Assembly (NCBI RefSeq): GCF_001612805.1 | Contig: NZ_BDBD01000026.1 | Coordinates: 144,880-168,879 of the forward strand | DNA from: Nocardia coubleae NBRC 108252 | Lineage (GTDB): Bacteria; Actinomycetota; Actinomycetes; Mycobacteriales; Mycobacteriaceae | Reading direction: 5' to 3' | DNA length: 24,000 nt | Shown here: positions 9,611-17,378 of the stretch, in pieces | Position numbering within the stretch: position 1 is the stretch's first letter | Layout: every line of letters begins with the position of its first letter | Program-made: the position numbers and the translations under genes | Notes under the pieces: generated by a model | Databases searched by the model: none | What the model was told of the DNA's origin: nothing | Seen by the model: the letters and a program-made list of their open reading frames with translations, nothing else

Positions 9611-10078
9611 TCAGTGCTCGGGCGGCACCAGGAACACCGGTCGGTGCCCGTGCTTGAGCACCGCCTCGGCCACACTGCTGTGCAACAGCGCACGCAACCC
9701 GGTATTACCCCGTGTACCAGCGACGATGATGTCCACATCGAGCTCGTCGGCACAGTCCACGATGGCGTTCCAGATGGTTGTCGTGCACTCGACGGTTCGG
9801 GCCTCGGCATCGATACCGGCCTGCTTGGCCAGCTGCACACCTTCGGCATTGATCTTGCGGGCATCGGTGTAGGCGATGTCCTCGATCTCCTCGTCGGGCA
9901 CCCATTCCGGTTGCATCACCCCGGCGAGCCCGGAGATGCGGGCGGCCTGGCGGACCATCGGTTCCCAGGCGGTGAGCAGAATGGCGCGTTCGGCGGAGAG
10001 GAACCGGCCCGCGTACTGCACGGCGCGCTTGGCATGTTCGGAACCGTCGTAGGCGATGAGCATCCGATCGCACGGCAT
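9611..10078 (-). CDS. Universal stress protein (UspA family)
   Basis: 155 aa. It has MLIAYDGSEHAKRAV at the N-terminus and the ATP-binding-type motif VAGTRGNTGLRALLHSSVAEAVL near the C-terminus. A strong RBS (GCAGGAGGTCGTC-ATG) precedes the ATG at 10078. The rest of the 463-aa track ORF is an antisense artefact. Confidence 0.85.
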   Translation of the reverse strand: MPCDRMLIAYDGSEHAKRAVQYAGRFLSAERAILLTAWEPMVRQAARISGLAGVMQPEWVPDEEIEDIAYTDARKINAEGVQLAKQAGIDAEARTVECTTTIWNAIVDCADELDVDIIVAGTRGNTGLRALLHSSVAEAVLKHGHRPVFLVPPEH

Positions 10079-10183
10079 GACGACCTCCTGCGCAGGGTCT
10101 TTCCCCCAGGTTACCCGGCCATTTGCCGCTTGAACCCAACCTGACGACGGCACCGGTTCCGGTCCGGGTCTACCGTGGAGTGC

Positions 10184-11353
10184 ATGCGGAAATCGCCTGT
10201 GGTCGTGTTCGCAGTTGTCGCCGCCGTCGCCACCGCGTGTTCGGGAGGGTCGTCGACCGAGACGACCACCGCCGCGAGCAGCAGCGGAACGGCGCCGTCG
10301 TCGGAGAGCGGCGCGCCTGCCGCCACCACCGGAGCCCAAAAACCTTGCGGCGCCGATTATCTCGGCACCTTCTCGCAGCGCGAGAAGCTCGCCCAGCTGC
10401 TCACCGTCGGCATCACCGGCGCCGACGACGCCACGAATGTGGTGACCACCGAGCAGGTCGGCGGCATCTTCGTCGGTAGCTGGACCGATCCGGGACTGCT
10501 CGATCGCGCTCAGCTCGACGCGGTGAAGGCTCTCGCGAAGGCGCCGTTGATGGTGACGATCGACGAGGAAGGCGGGCGTGTCTCGCGCGCGTCGGCCGTG
10601 ATCGGTGAGGCGCCCTCGGCCCGGGTGGTCGCCCAGACCCAGACGCCCGAACAGCACTACCAGAACACTCTCACCCGGTCGAAGGCGTTGAAGGACCTCG
10701 GCATCACGGTCGATTTCGCACCCGACACCGATGTGAGCGCCCAGCCCGACAACAGCGTCATCGGCGACCGCTCCTACAGCGACGACCCGCAGGTGGTCAC
10801 CGAATACGCCGACGCCTACATCCGCGCCTCCAACGAGGTCGGCCTCGGTTCGGTCATCAAGCATTTCCCCGGTCACGGCTCCGGTTCCGGTGATTCGCAC
10901 ACGGGCGCGGTGCGCACGCCCCCGTTCGACGAGCTGAAGACCAAGGACCTGGTCCCGTTCCGCGATCTGGTGAACTCCGGCGCCGCCGTGATGGTCGGCC
11001 ACCTCGACGTGCCCGGCCTCACCGAACCCGACACCCCGGCCAGCATCAGCCCGGCCGTGATGTCGCTGCTGCGCCAGGGCACCGGCTACGGCGCCGCGCC
11101 GTTCAACGGCCCGATCTTCACCGACGATCTGGGTGGCATGGCCGCCATCACCGACCGCATGACGATCGCCGAAGCCGTCGAGGCCGCGCTCGTCGCCGGG
11201 GCCGACAACGCGCTCTGGATCACCACCGATGCGGTGCCGCAGGTACTCGACCGCTTGGAGCTGTCGGTGTCGAGTGGCAAACTGCCCGCTGATCGAGTCG
11301 ATGCGTCGGTGCTGCGGATGGCCCGCTACAAGGGTGTCGCACTGGGCTGCTGA
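10184..11353 (+). CDS. nagZ: Glycoside hydrolase family 3 beta-N-acetylhexosaminidase lipoprotein (LpqI/NagZ-like)
   Basis: It has a lipoprotein-type signal peptide (MRKSPVVVFAVVAAVATAC-SGG). The GH3 hallmark KHFPGHGSGSGDSH and the IDEEGGRV motif are present. Its position next to the TetR gene matches Rv0237/Rv0238. Start could be GTG 10175 or ATG 10184. Confidence 0.85.
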   Translation: MRKSPVVVFAVVAAVATACSGGSSTETTTAASSSGTAPSSESGAPAATTGAQKPCGADYLGTFSQREKLAQLLTVGITGADDATNVVTTEQVGGIFVGSWTDPGLLDRAQLDAVKALAKAPLMVTIDEEGGRVSRASAVIGEAPSARVVAQTQTPEQHYQNTLTRSKALKDLGITVDFAPDTDVSAQPDNSVIGDRSYSDDPQVVTEYADAYIRASNEVGLGSVIKHFPGHGSGSGDSHTGAVRTPPFDELKTKDLVPFRDLVNSGAAVMVGHLDVPGLTEPDTPASISPAVMSLLRQGTGYGAAPFNGPIFTDDLGGMAAITDRMTIAEAVEAALVAGADNALWITTDAVPQVLDRLELSVSSGKLPADRVDASVLRMARYKGVALGC

Positions 11354-11390
11354 GCGGCGTGGCGACTGAGCGGCAAATGGGCACGGGTGG

Positions 11391-11410
11391 AACTTACCTT
11401 GCAGTAAGAT
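11391..11410. promoter_or_regulatory. Candidate TetR operator / autoregulated promoter: AACTTACCTTGCAGTAAGAT
   Basis: AT-rich inverted repeat (AACTTAC-N6-GTAAGAT) ending 29 nt upstream of the TetR ATG at 11439. Its right arm contains a -10-like hexamer TAAGAT (TANNNT). The same arms recur at 20137-20156. Confidence 0.55.
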
Positions 11411-11438
11411 GGGGTCTCACCCTGCGGTAGGAGAGTGG

Positions 11439-12035
11439 ATGGCAGGCGGGACGAAGCGGCTTCCCCGGGCGGTTCGCGAGCAGCAGATGCTCGATGCCGC
11501 CGTCGAGGTATTCGCGCGCAAAGGCTTCCACGACACATCGATGGATGCGATCGCCGCCGAGGCGAAGATCTCCAAACCCATGCTCTACCTGTATTACGGC
11601 TCCAAGGACGAGCTTTTCCGCGCATGCATCCAGCGCGAGGGGCTTCGCCTGATCGAGGCCGTCGCGCCCGCGGGCAACCCCAAACTCAAGCCGCACGAGC
11701 AGGTGCGAACGGCACTCGAGGGCTTCCTCGATTTCGTCGACCGCAACCGGCAGTCCTGGCAGGTTCTCTACCGGCAGGCAATCGGTCAGCAAGCATTCGC
11801 CGCCGAGATCGAGAACGCCCGCGAGCGGGTCATCGAACTCACCGCCAAGCTGCTGGAATCCAGCGCCAGACACGCCGAGCCCGGCACCAATTTCGAGGTC
11901 GTCGCCGCCGCCGTGATCGGGGCGGGGGAGGCCATCGCCGACCGCGTCGCCGGTGGCCGCATCGAGGTGGCCGAGGCGGTCGACCTGCTCGACGATCTGG
12001 CCTGGCGCGGTCTGGCGGGTCGCAAACCCGAGTAG
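11439..12035 (+). CDS. TetR/AcrR-family transcriptional regulator (Rv0238-like)
   Basis: The N-terminal HTH is REQQMLDAAVEVFARKGFHDTSMDAIAAEAKISKPMLYLYYGSKDELF. An RBS (GGTAGGAGAG) lies 4-13 nt upstream of the ATG at 11439. The track start at 11409 lies inside the putative operator and -10 box, so it is less likely. Confidence 0.85.
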   Translation: MAGGTKRLPRAVREQQMLDAAVEVFARKGFHDTSMDAIAAEAKISKPMLYLYYGSKDELFRACIQREGLRLIEAVAPAGNPKLKPHEQVRTALEGFLDFVDRNRQSWQVLYRQAIGQQAFAAEIENARERVIELTAKLLESSARHAEPGTNFEVVAAAVIGAGEAIADRVAGGRIEVAEAVDLLDDLAWRGLAGRKPE

Positions 12036-12100
12036 CGGTTGCCCCGGCCGCCGCGACCTGCGATCGTGCTTGTCTGGTAGTTCAGACCGACGGGGTGGCA

Positions 12101-13249
12101 GTGTTCGGAGTGTTGAAGCCGTGTGCGCACGGTGCGGCGAAGTACGGCATCGATCCGGACCGATGGCAGGCGCACATGTGCGGGCTGTGTCTCGGCCTGC
12201 GCGACGGTCACGGCCAGCTGGCCCGCGCGGCGACCAATACCGACGCGATCGTGCTCAGCGTCCTCACCGAGGCGCAGGCAGGCGCGAGTTCCCGGACGAA
12301 CGCCGCGCCCTGCCCGTTGCGCGGCATGCGCCGGGCGTCGGTGGTCGCGGCCGACGCACCGGGTGTGCAGCTGGCCGCCACGGCATCACTTCTGTTGGGC
12401 GCCGCCAAGATTCGCGATCACGTCGACGACGGTGATGCGGGAGCGTTCGCGCGCCGCCCGATGCGCAAGATCTCCGATTCGTGGGCGACCCGCGCGCGAC
12501 GCCAGGCCGACGCCATCGGCCTCGACGTAGCCCCGCTGCTGACCGCGATCGCCGCACAACCGGGACTCGAAGCGCGTGCGGCGGAAGGGTGCCTCGAAGA
12601 CCTCACCGGCCCCACCCAGCTGTGCGCGGCCACCCTGTTCGGCCACACCGCCACCCTGGCTGGCCGCCCGGAAAACGTTGCCGCCCTGGAGGAAATCGGC
12701 CGCCACGTCGGCCGCATCGCCCACCTCGCGGACGCGATCGAAGACCTCGAACGCGACCGCGCCCGCGGCCGCTTCAATCCCCTCGACGCCACCGGCACCG
12801 ACATGCCGCGCGCTTACGAACTGGTCCGCGAGAGCGAGGCGAGTATCCGCCGGGCGGCAGCCGAGGCCGAACTCGACCAGGTGCCGACGGTGCGCTGGGC
12901 GCTGCTCGACCCGCTGGCGGCGCTCCTGCGCAACCTCGGCCGCGGACTCGGGCTCATCACCGGGCACACCTGTCGCGCCTCGGCGAACCACGAGCCCTAC
13001 CAGTTCCCTTCCGCACCGGAGCAGAAATCGTCCGGACCCGGCCCGCTGAAGGCGATCGGCCAGATCTGCGGCGTCTACTGCACCGGTGCGGCGTGCTGCG
13101 TCGACCACAACAGTCCTTGCGACGGCAGGCGAAAGAAGGCCTGGCGCAAGAAGTGCAAGGACTGCTGCGACGCGTGCGAGTGCTGCGGCAACTGCGGCGA
13201 GTGCGGCAAATGCTGCGGCGACGGTTGCTGCTGCGACTGCAACTGCTAG
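12101..13249 (+). CDS. Conserved protein of unknown function (DUF5685-like) with an extreme Cys-rich C-terminal tail
   Basis: The real gene is the 3' two-thirds of the 604-aa track ORF. The proposed GTG start at 12101 gives (M)FGVLKPCAHG...WQAHMCGLCLGLRDGHGQLAR...TNTDAIVLSVLTEAQ. As far as I recall, this is the typical N-terminus of actinobacterial DUF5685 proteins. The protein ends ...CKDCCDACECCGNCGECGKCCGDGCCCDCNC*. The family name is from memory and unverified. The start is uncertain by a few codons. Confidence 0.65.
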   Translation: MFGVLKPCAHGAAKYGIDPDRWQAHMCGLCLGLRDGHGQLARAATNTDAIVLSVLTEAQAGASSRTNAAPCPLRGMRRASVVAADAPGVQLAATASLLLGAAKIRDHVDDGDAGAFARRPMRKISDSWATRARRQADAIGLDVAPLLTAIAAQPGLEARAAEGCLEDLTGPTQLCAATLFGHTATLAGRPENVAALEEIGRHVGRIAHLADAIEDLERDRARGRFNPLDATGTDMPRAYELVRESEASIRRAAAEAELDQVPTVRWALLDPLAALLRNLGRGLGLITGHTCRASANHEPYQFPSAPEQKSSGPGPLKAIGQICGVYCTGAACCVDHNSPCDGRRKKAWRKKCKDCCDACECCGNCGECGKCCGDGCCCDCNC

Positions 13250-13256
13250 GAAAACC

Positions 13257-15104
13257 TCACTCGCACTTCACGATCGGAATCGGGTCGTACTTCACGGTGC
13301 GCGTGTGCCGCGAGATCTGCTGCCCCGTCTTGCGATCGGTGATCACCCGGGTATCGGAGATGGTGAATCCGGGCGCGCCCTCAGAGGCGATGCAGTCCTT
13401 GCCCTTGGGCAGGGTGATCTCGGTCGGTTCCGTCGGCTTGGTCTTCTCGCCCGTGATCGACTCCACGTCGACGGTTTTCGTCCCCCACAGCCGCACCGTG
13501 ATGTCGGACCCGGTGGCGATGGCCTGGATGAACACACCGTGTTCGGAGTTGTTGCGGAAGGCGAGGTCGATCGCGCCGTCGAACACCGTCGCCTCGCGCG
13601 CGGCGGGGTAGCGCGAGATGTAGTAGCTGTGCTCGGTGTGCCCGGCGTCTTCCATGCCCGCGAAGTAGGCGGCGTTGTACAGCGTGGTGGCGAACTGGCT
13701 GATGCCGCCGCCGACCGCCGTGCTCGGCCTGCCCTTGTCGATGATCCCGGACTCGACATACCCTTCCGCAGCGGTACGCGGACCGGTGAAACCGTTGAGC
13801 GAGAACGTATCTCCCGGCTTCACGACGGCACCGTTCACCTTGGCGGCCACGGTCCGGATGTTCACCCCGGAGGGTCCGCTGAACCCACCGGTGGTGAATT
13901 CACCGATGGTTTCGTTGATGCCGAGCTTCTCGGCGGCCTCGGTGGTGAGCTTCGGTTCGATGCGCTGGTAGACGGCCTCGAATGCCCGCTCACCCGGCTG
14001 GGTGAGCAGCGCGGGCAGCTTTTCCAGCGTCTTGGCCCAGTCGATCTTTTCGCCGACCACGGCCGGTACGACCGTCGGCTTTCCGGCGCCGACGGTGAAC
14101 GTGGCGTCCTTGGGCTCGATCTCGGTGGTCACCACTTGCGGACCGAGCAGCCCGATCACGGCGTCGTTGTCGATCTGCGGGGCGAGCCCGCCGTTGCCGT
14201 CGGGTACGAAACTCAGCACGCTCGCGATCTGTTCGGGTGTCAGGGCCACCCGGGTGTCCTTGGCCGCCAACGTGATCGGCGAGGCGACAGCGGGTGTGGC
14301 GATATCGCGCAACGCCGCCTGCACCGCTTCGGTTCGCACCTCGACCGGTGCCGCGACGACGGGCAGGTCGAGCAGGCTCACCTCGGCCCAGCGCTCGGTG
14401 ATGGTGCTGCGCGCGCCGTCGATGTCGAGCACCCGGCCCGGGACCGGCGGCACCGCGACGGGTGCGCCGTTCTCGAAGCGAACGGTCCCTTCCACGGTGG
14501 GGTTGTCGTGGGTGCGGAACGTGCTCAGCTGCTGATCGAGCGCCGCGTTGTCAACGGTGCTGGACACGGGGACGTCGCGCGTCCCGAACAGTGAGACCAA
14601 TCGGCCGACCGGGTTCAGCGGCTGACCGCCGACGGCATCCCAGGTGGCGTCCCAGTCGATGCCGAGCCCGGCCGCCGAGGGCACCATGCTGGCCTGCACA
14701 TCGCCGATGCGCACGGGCAGCGGTTGGTCGGCGCGCGGGCCGAGGACGCTGCGCAGCTTGGCGTCGGCCTCGCCCTGGTCCATCCCGCCGACCTCAACGC
14801 CGGCGACGACGACGCCGCGCGGCACCTCGCCCACGTTCAGCGCTAAGTCGGCCAGGTAGGCGGCGGTGCCGACCGCGAACACGGCACCGACGGCGATCCC
14901 GATCCGCTTGACCAGCTGCTGGTCGCCCGGCGGGGTCGGCTGAGGCGCCTGTGGGCGGTGGTCACGGGCGATGGTGCTGATGGGCTGGGTGGGCAGGGCG
15001 GTGGTGTCGGCATCGAAAGTGCGATTTGCTTCGAGCAGCTTGCGTAGTCCGACCTCGCCCCGCCCTCGGTCCGCCGGTCGTCCGGCGGTCGACTCGCTGG
15101 GCAC
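13257..15104 (-). CDS. VanW-family protein with N-terminal TM anchor, PG-binding-like region and C-terminal G5-like domain
   Basis: 615 aa. The TM helix is IGIAVGAVFAVGTAAYLADLAL. The VanW core is GGGISQFATTLYNAAYFAGMEDAGHTEHSYYISRYPAAREATV...DLAFRNN. The C-terminus is G5-like (...GFTISDTRVITDRKTGQQISRHTRTVKYDPIP). The GTG start at 15104 is preceded by a GGAAGGA RBS. Confidence 0.8.
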   Translation of the reverse strand: MPSESTAGRPADRGRGEVGLRKLLEANRTFDADTTALPTQPISTIARDHRPQAPQPTPPGDQQLVKRIGIAVGAVFAVGTAAYLADLALNVGEVPRGVVVAGVEVGGMDQGEADAKLRSVLGPRADQPLPVRIGDVQASMVPSAAGLGIDWDATWDAVGGQPLNPVGRLVSLFGTRDVPVSSTVDNAALDQQLSTFRTHDNPTVEGTVRFENGAPVAVPPVPGRVLDIDGARSTITERWAEVSLLDLPVVAAPVEVRTEAVQAALRDIATPAVASPITLAAKDTRVALTPEQIASVLSFVPDGNGGLAPQIDNDAVIGLLGPQVVTTEIEPKDATFTVGAGKPTVVPAVVGEKIDWAKTLEKLPALLTQPGERAFEAVYQRIEPKLTTEAAEKLGINETIGEFTTGGFSGPSGVNIRTVAAKVNGAVVKPGDTFSLNGFTGPRTAAEGYVESGIIDKGRPSTAVGGGISQFATTLYNAAYFAGMEDAGHTEHSYYISRYPAAREATVFDGAIDLAFRNNSEHGVFIQAIATGSDITVRLWGTKTVDVESITGEKTKPTEPTEITLPKGKDCIASEGAPGFTISDTRVITDRKTGQQISRHTRTVKYDPIPIVKCE

Positions 15105-15215
15105 GGAGGTCCTTCCGTTTCATGGGCCCCGTTGGGTTTACCGGGTGCCCGCCAAGGGTAACGGCCCGGCGCGCACTCGGCAGCCCGGCGAAGTGGGGCA
15201 GACAGCAGGAAGGCC

Positions 15216-15254
15216 CCGTGTAGTTGCCGGGTCGGGGGTCTGGCAACTACACGG
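15216..15254. promoter_or_regulatory. Perfect 13-bp inverted repeat (CCGTGTAGTTGCC-N13-GGCAACTACACGG) in the vanW/gnd divergent intergenic region
   Basis: Seen directly in the sequence. Both flanking genes point away from it, so it is not a terminator. It could be an operator pair or a 5'-UTR stem-loop for either gene. Confidence 0.4.
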
Positions 15255-15410
15255 AGCCGATCTGTTTATCGCGGCCCTCACCGGGGCGTTACAGCCGATT
15301 TTCGGTCGATTTCGACCGGGCGCGCGATGCCGCCGGGCAGCTGGGCTCGGTCGCACGCGACAATCAGGGGTGAGACTCGCCACCAGGGACCGGACAACGA
15401 GGGAGAACTG

Positions 15411-16436
15411 ATGCAGTTGGGAATGATCGGCCTCGGCCGGATGGGCGCCAATATCGTGCGCCGCATCGTGCGTGACGGGCACAGCGCCGTCGGGCACGAG
15501 CGCCACCAGGGCCACATCGACGAGCTGGCCGCCGAGCTCGGCGACAGCTTCCGGGGCAGCACCGACCTGAAGGAATTCGTCGGGATGCTCGACGCGCCAC
15601 GGGTGGTGTGGGTGATGATTCCCGCCGGTGCCACCGGCGCCGCGATCGACGAGCTCGCCGACCTGCTCGAGCCGGGCGACACCATCATCGACGGTGGCAA
15701 CAGCCGCTACCACGAGGACATCAAGCGCTCGAAGGCGCTGGCCCCCAAGGGGATCCACTACCTCGACGTCGGTACCTCGGGCGGCGTCTTCGGTCTGGAA
15801 CGCGGCTTCTGCCTGATGATCGGCGGCGAGGACGAACAGGTGCGCAGGCTCGAGCCGCTGTTCAAGTCGATCGCGCCCGGTGTCGACGCCGCGCCGCGCA
15901 CCCCCGGCCGCACCGGTGAGCCGACCCCGTCCGAGCAGGGCTGGCTGCACTGCGGCCCGGCGGGCGCGGGGCATTTCGTGAAGATGGTGCACAACGGCAT
16001 CGAGTACGGCGCGATGAGCGCCTACGCCGAGGGTCTGAACATCCTCAAGCACGCCGATATGGGCGCCGATCACGGCGGCGAGCACTCGGCCGAGGAAACC
16101 CCGCTCGAGCGCCCGGAGTACTACCAGTACAAGCTCGACATCCCGGAGATCACCGAGGTGTGGCGGCGTGGCTCGGTGGTGGCCTCCTGGCTGCTCGACC
16201 TCACCGCGGGCGCGCTGTTCGCCGACCCGAACCTCGATTCCTTCAGCGGCCGGGTGTCCGATTCCGGCGAGGGCCGCTGGACCATCGACGCCGCCATCGA
16301 CACCGCCGTCCCGGTTCCGGTGCTGTCGGCCGCGCTGTTCCAGCGCTTCTCCTCGCGCGGGGAGGCCGAATACGCCGACAAGATGCTCTCGGCCATGCGC
16401 AAGGCGTTCGGCGGCCACATCGAGCTGCCGAAGTAG
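15411..16436 (+). CDS. gnd: 6-phosphogluconate dehydrogenase, decarboxylating (short, Gnd2-like form)
   Basis: MQLGMIGLGRMGANIVRR provides the GxGxxG dinucleotide fold. The 6PGD signature GHFVKMVHNGIEYGAMSAYAEG is present. The product is 341 aa. An RBS (GAGGGAG) precedes the ATG at 15411, and the 28-codon upstream extension in the track is unlikely to be translated. Confidence 0.88.
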   Translation: MQLGMIGLGRMGANIVRRIVRDGHSAVGHERHQGHIDELAAELGDSFRGSTDLKEFVGMLDAPRVVWVMIPAGATGAAIDELADLLEPGDTIIDGGNSRYHEDIKRSKALAPKGIHYLDVGTSGGVFGLERGFCLMIGGEDEQVRRLEPLFKSIAPGVDAAPRTPGRTGEPTPSEQGWLHCGPAGAGHFVKMVHNGIEYGAMSAYAEGLNILKHADMGADHGGEHSAEETPLERPEYYQYKLDIPEITEVWRRGSVVASWLLDLTAGALFADPNLDSFSGRVSDSGEGRWTIDAAIDTAVPVPVLSAALFQRFSSRGEAEYADKMLSAMRKAFGGHIELPK

Positions 16437-16445
16437 ACGTCCGCA

Positions 16446-16475
16446 CCCGGCCGCCCGTCATCACGGGCGGCCGGG
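16446..16475 (+). terminator. Terminator hairpin after gnd (13-bp perfect GC stem, 4-nt loop)
   Basis: CCCGGCCGCCCGT (16446-16458) pairs with ACGGGCGGCCGGG (16463-16475) across the loop CATC. It begins 10 nt after the gnd stop codon. Confidence 0.6.
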
Positions 16476-16676
16476 CCCGCGTGGGGGCACAAACTTGCGC
16501 AGATTACCTGGTCACACGCGTCTTGGAGAGTAAAACGAGGATGTTCCACAAATATTGGAACGCGTTCTTGTTTTCCAGGACAACTGTCCAGTTCCACCGT
16601 TACCTTGTCGCCAGAGGGGGAGCACCACTCGATGAGGATCGCCCCACCCGTCCAGGGTGCGGCTTTGGAGGAAATC

Positions 16677-17378
16677 ATGATCCGGACTTCGCGCACCGCC
16701 GCGGGAATCGCCACGACCGCGCTGGTCATCGCCTGCGCGGGCGTAGCCCTCGGCTCTGGCGTCGCCGCCGCCGACAGCACCTGCTCGGTTCGTAGTCACG
16801 CCGAGAAGCGCGACGCGAGCACCGTCGGCGTCACCCACGTCTACGACAAGATCGCGAGCGCCGAGGAGATCGGCGTGGGCACCACGGTCACCTACAAGGT
16901 GGTCGTCGGGACCACCGGCATCGGCAACCCCTACGTCAACACCATCACCGACTTCCCGCCCAGCGGCTTCGGTGCCCCCGTCAAGACCACGGTCACCGCC
17001 TATCACGCCATCGGCGGCCAGGTCACCGAGGATGTGACGCCCGAACCGAACGCCGGCGGCTGGAAGGTCACCAGCACCGGCTGGTTCGTGAACTCGGGCA
17101 ACCCCGTGACCCTCACCATCACCTACCCTGTCCCGTCCTCGTTGCAGCCAGGTCAGCAGGTGACCAGCGGCGGTGTCGGCGTCGCGGGCACGGTGGGCGT
17201 GAGCAATGAAATGCCCAACCTCACCGCGTGTTTCACCGCGCGTGGCGCCAATGCGGGCGAGACGGTGATCGGCAGTCTCGGCGAAAACGGCCTCGGGTCC
17301 TCCGACGGTCAGCTGAGTTCCACCGGTTCGGCCACCGACATCCTCTCCGACGTGCTGCGCAACCTGATCGGCAGCTGA
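16677..17378 (+). CDS. Secreted (possibly lipo-) protein of unknown function, beta-rich
   Basis: A GGAGGA RBS lies 5 nt upstream of the ATG at 16677. The signal peptide is MIRTSRTAAGIATTALVIACAGVALGSGVAAA. The mature part is Thr/Val/Gly-rich with two Cys and a Ser/Gly-rich C-terminus. Its stop overlaps the start of the esterase gene (TGATG). I recognise no family. Confidence 0.6.
   Translation: MIRTSRTAAGIATTALVIACAGVALGSGVAAADSTCSVRSHAEKRDASTVGVTHVYDKIASAEEIGVGTTVTYKVVVGTTGIGNPYVNTITDFPPSGFGAPVKTTVTAYHAIGGQVTEDVTPEPNAGGWKVTSTGWFVNSGNPVTLTITYPVPSSLQPGQQVTSGGVGVAGTVGVSNEMPNLTACFTARGANAGETVIGSLGENGLGSSDGQLSSTGSATDILSDVLRNLIGS

Noticed and set aside
10079-11002. Upstream 308 codons of the 463-aa minus-strand ORF 9611-11002
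   Set aside because: Only the last 155 codons form a USP domain, and these have a strong RBS at 10078. The upstream part is antisense to the GH3 nagZ/lpqI gene and has a junk-like composition.
11435-12100. N-terminal 222 codons of the 604-aa ORF 11435-13249
   Set aside because: It overlaps the TetR gene in another frame and is Arg-rich (RRRGIRAQRLPRHIDG...). The recognisable family N-terminus (FGVLKPC...) begins at the GTG at 12101.
13139-13246. TGC-rich DNA at the 3' end of the Cys-tail gene as a possible microsatellite or CRISPR-like repeat
   Set aside because: There is no fixed repeat unit or spacer structure. The periodicity is codon-level (TGC Cys codons interspersed with GAC/GGC/GAG/AAC) and stays in frame to a stop codon, so it is coding low-complexity sequence.
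13086-14594. 502-aa + strand ORF (and 12386-13108 minus) overlapping vanW and the Cys-tail gene
   Set aside because: It is antisense to genes with clear domain signatures, has high-GC artefact composition and shows no motifs.
15138-16418. 426-aa minus-strand ORF opposite gnd
   Set aside because: It is antisense to a textbook 6-phosphogluconate dehydrogenase, and its product is Gly/Arg/Val/Ala/His low-complexity sequence.
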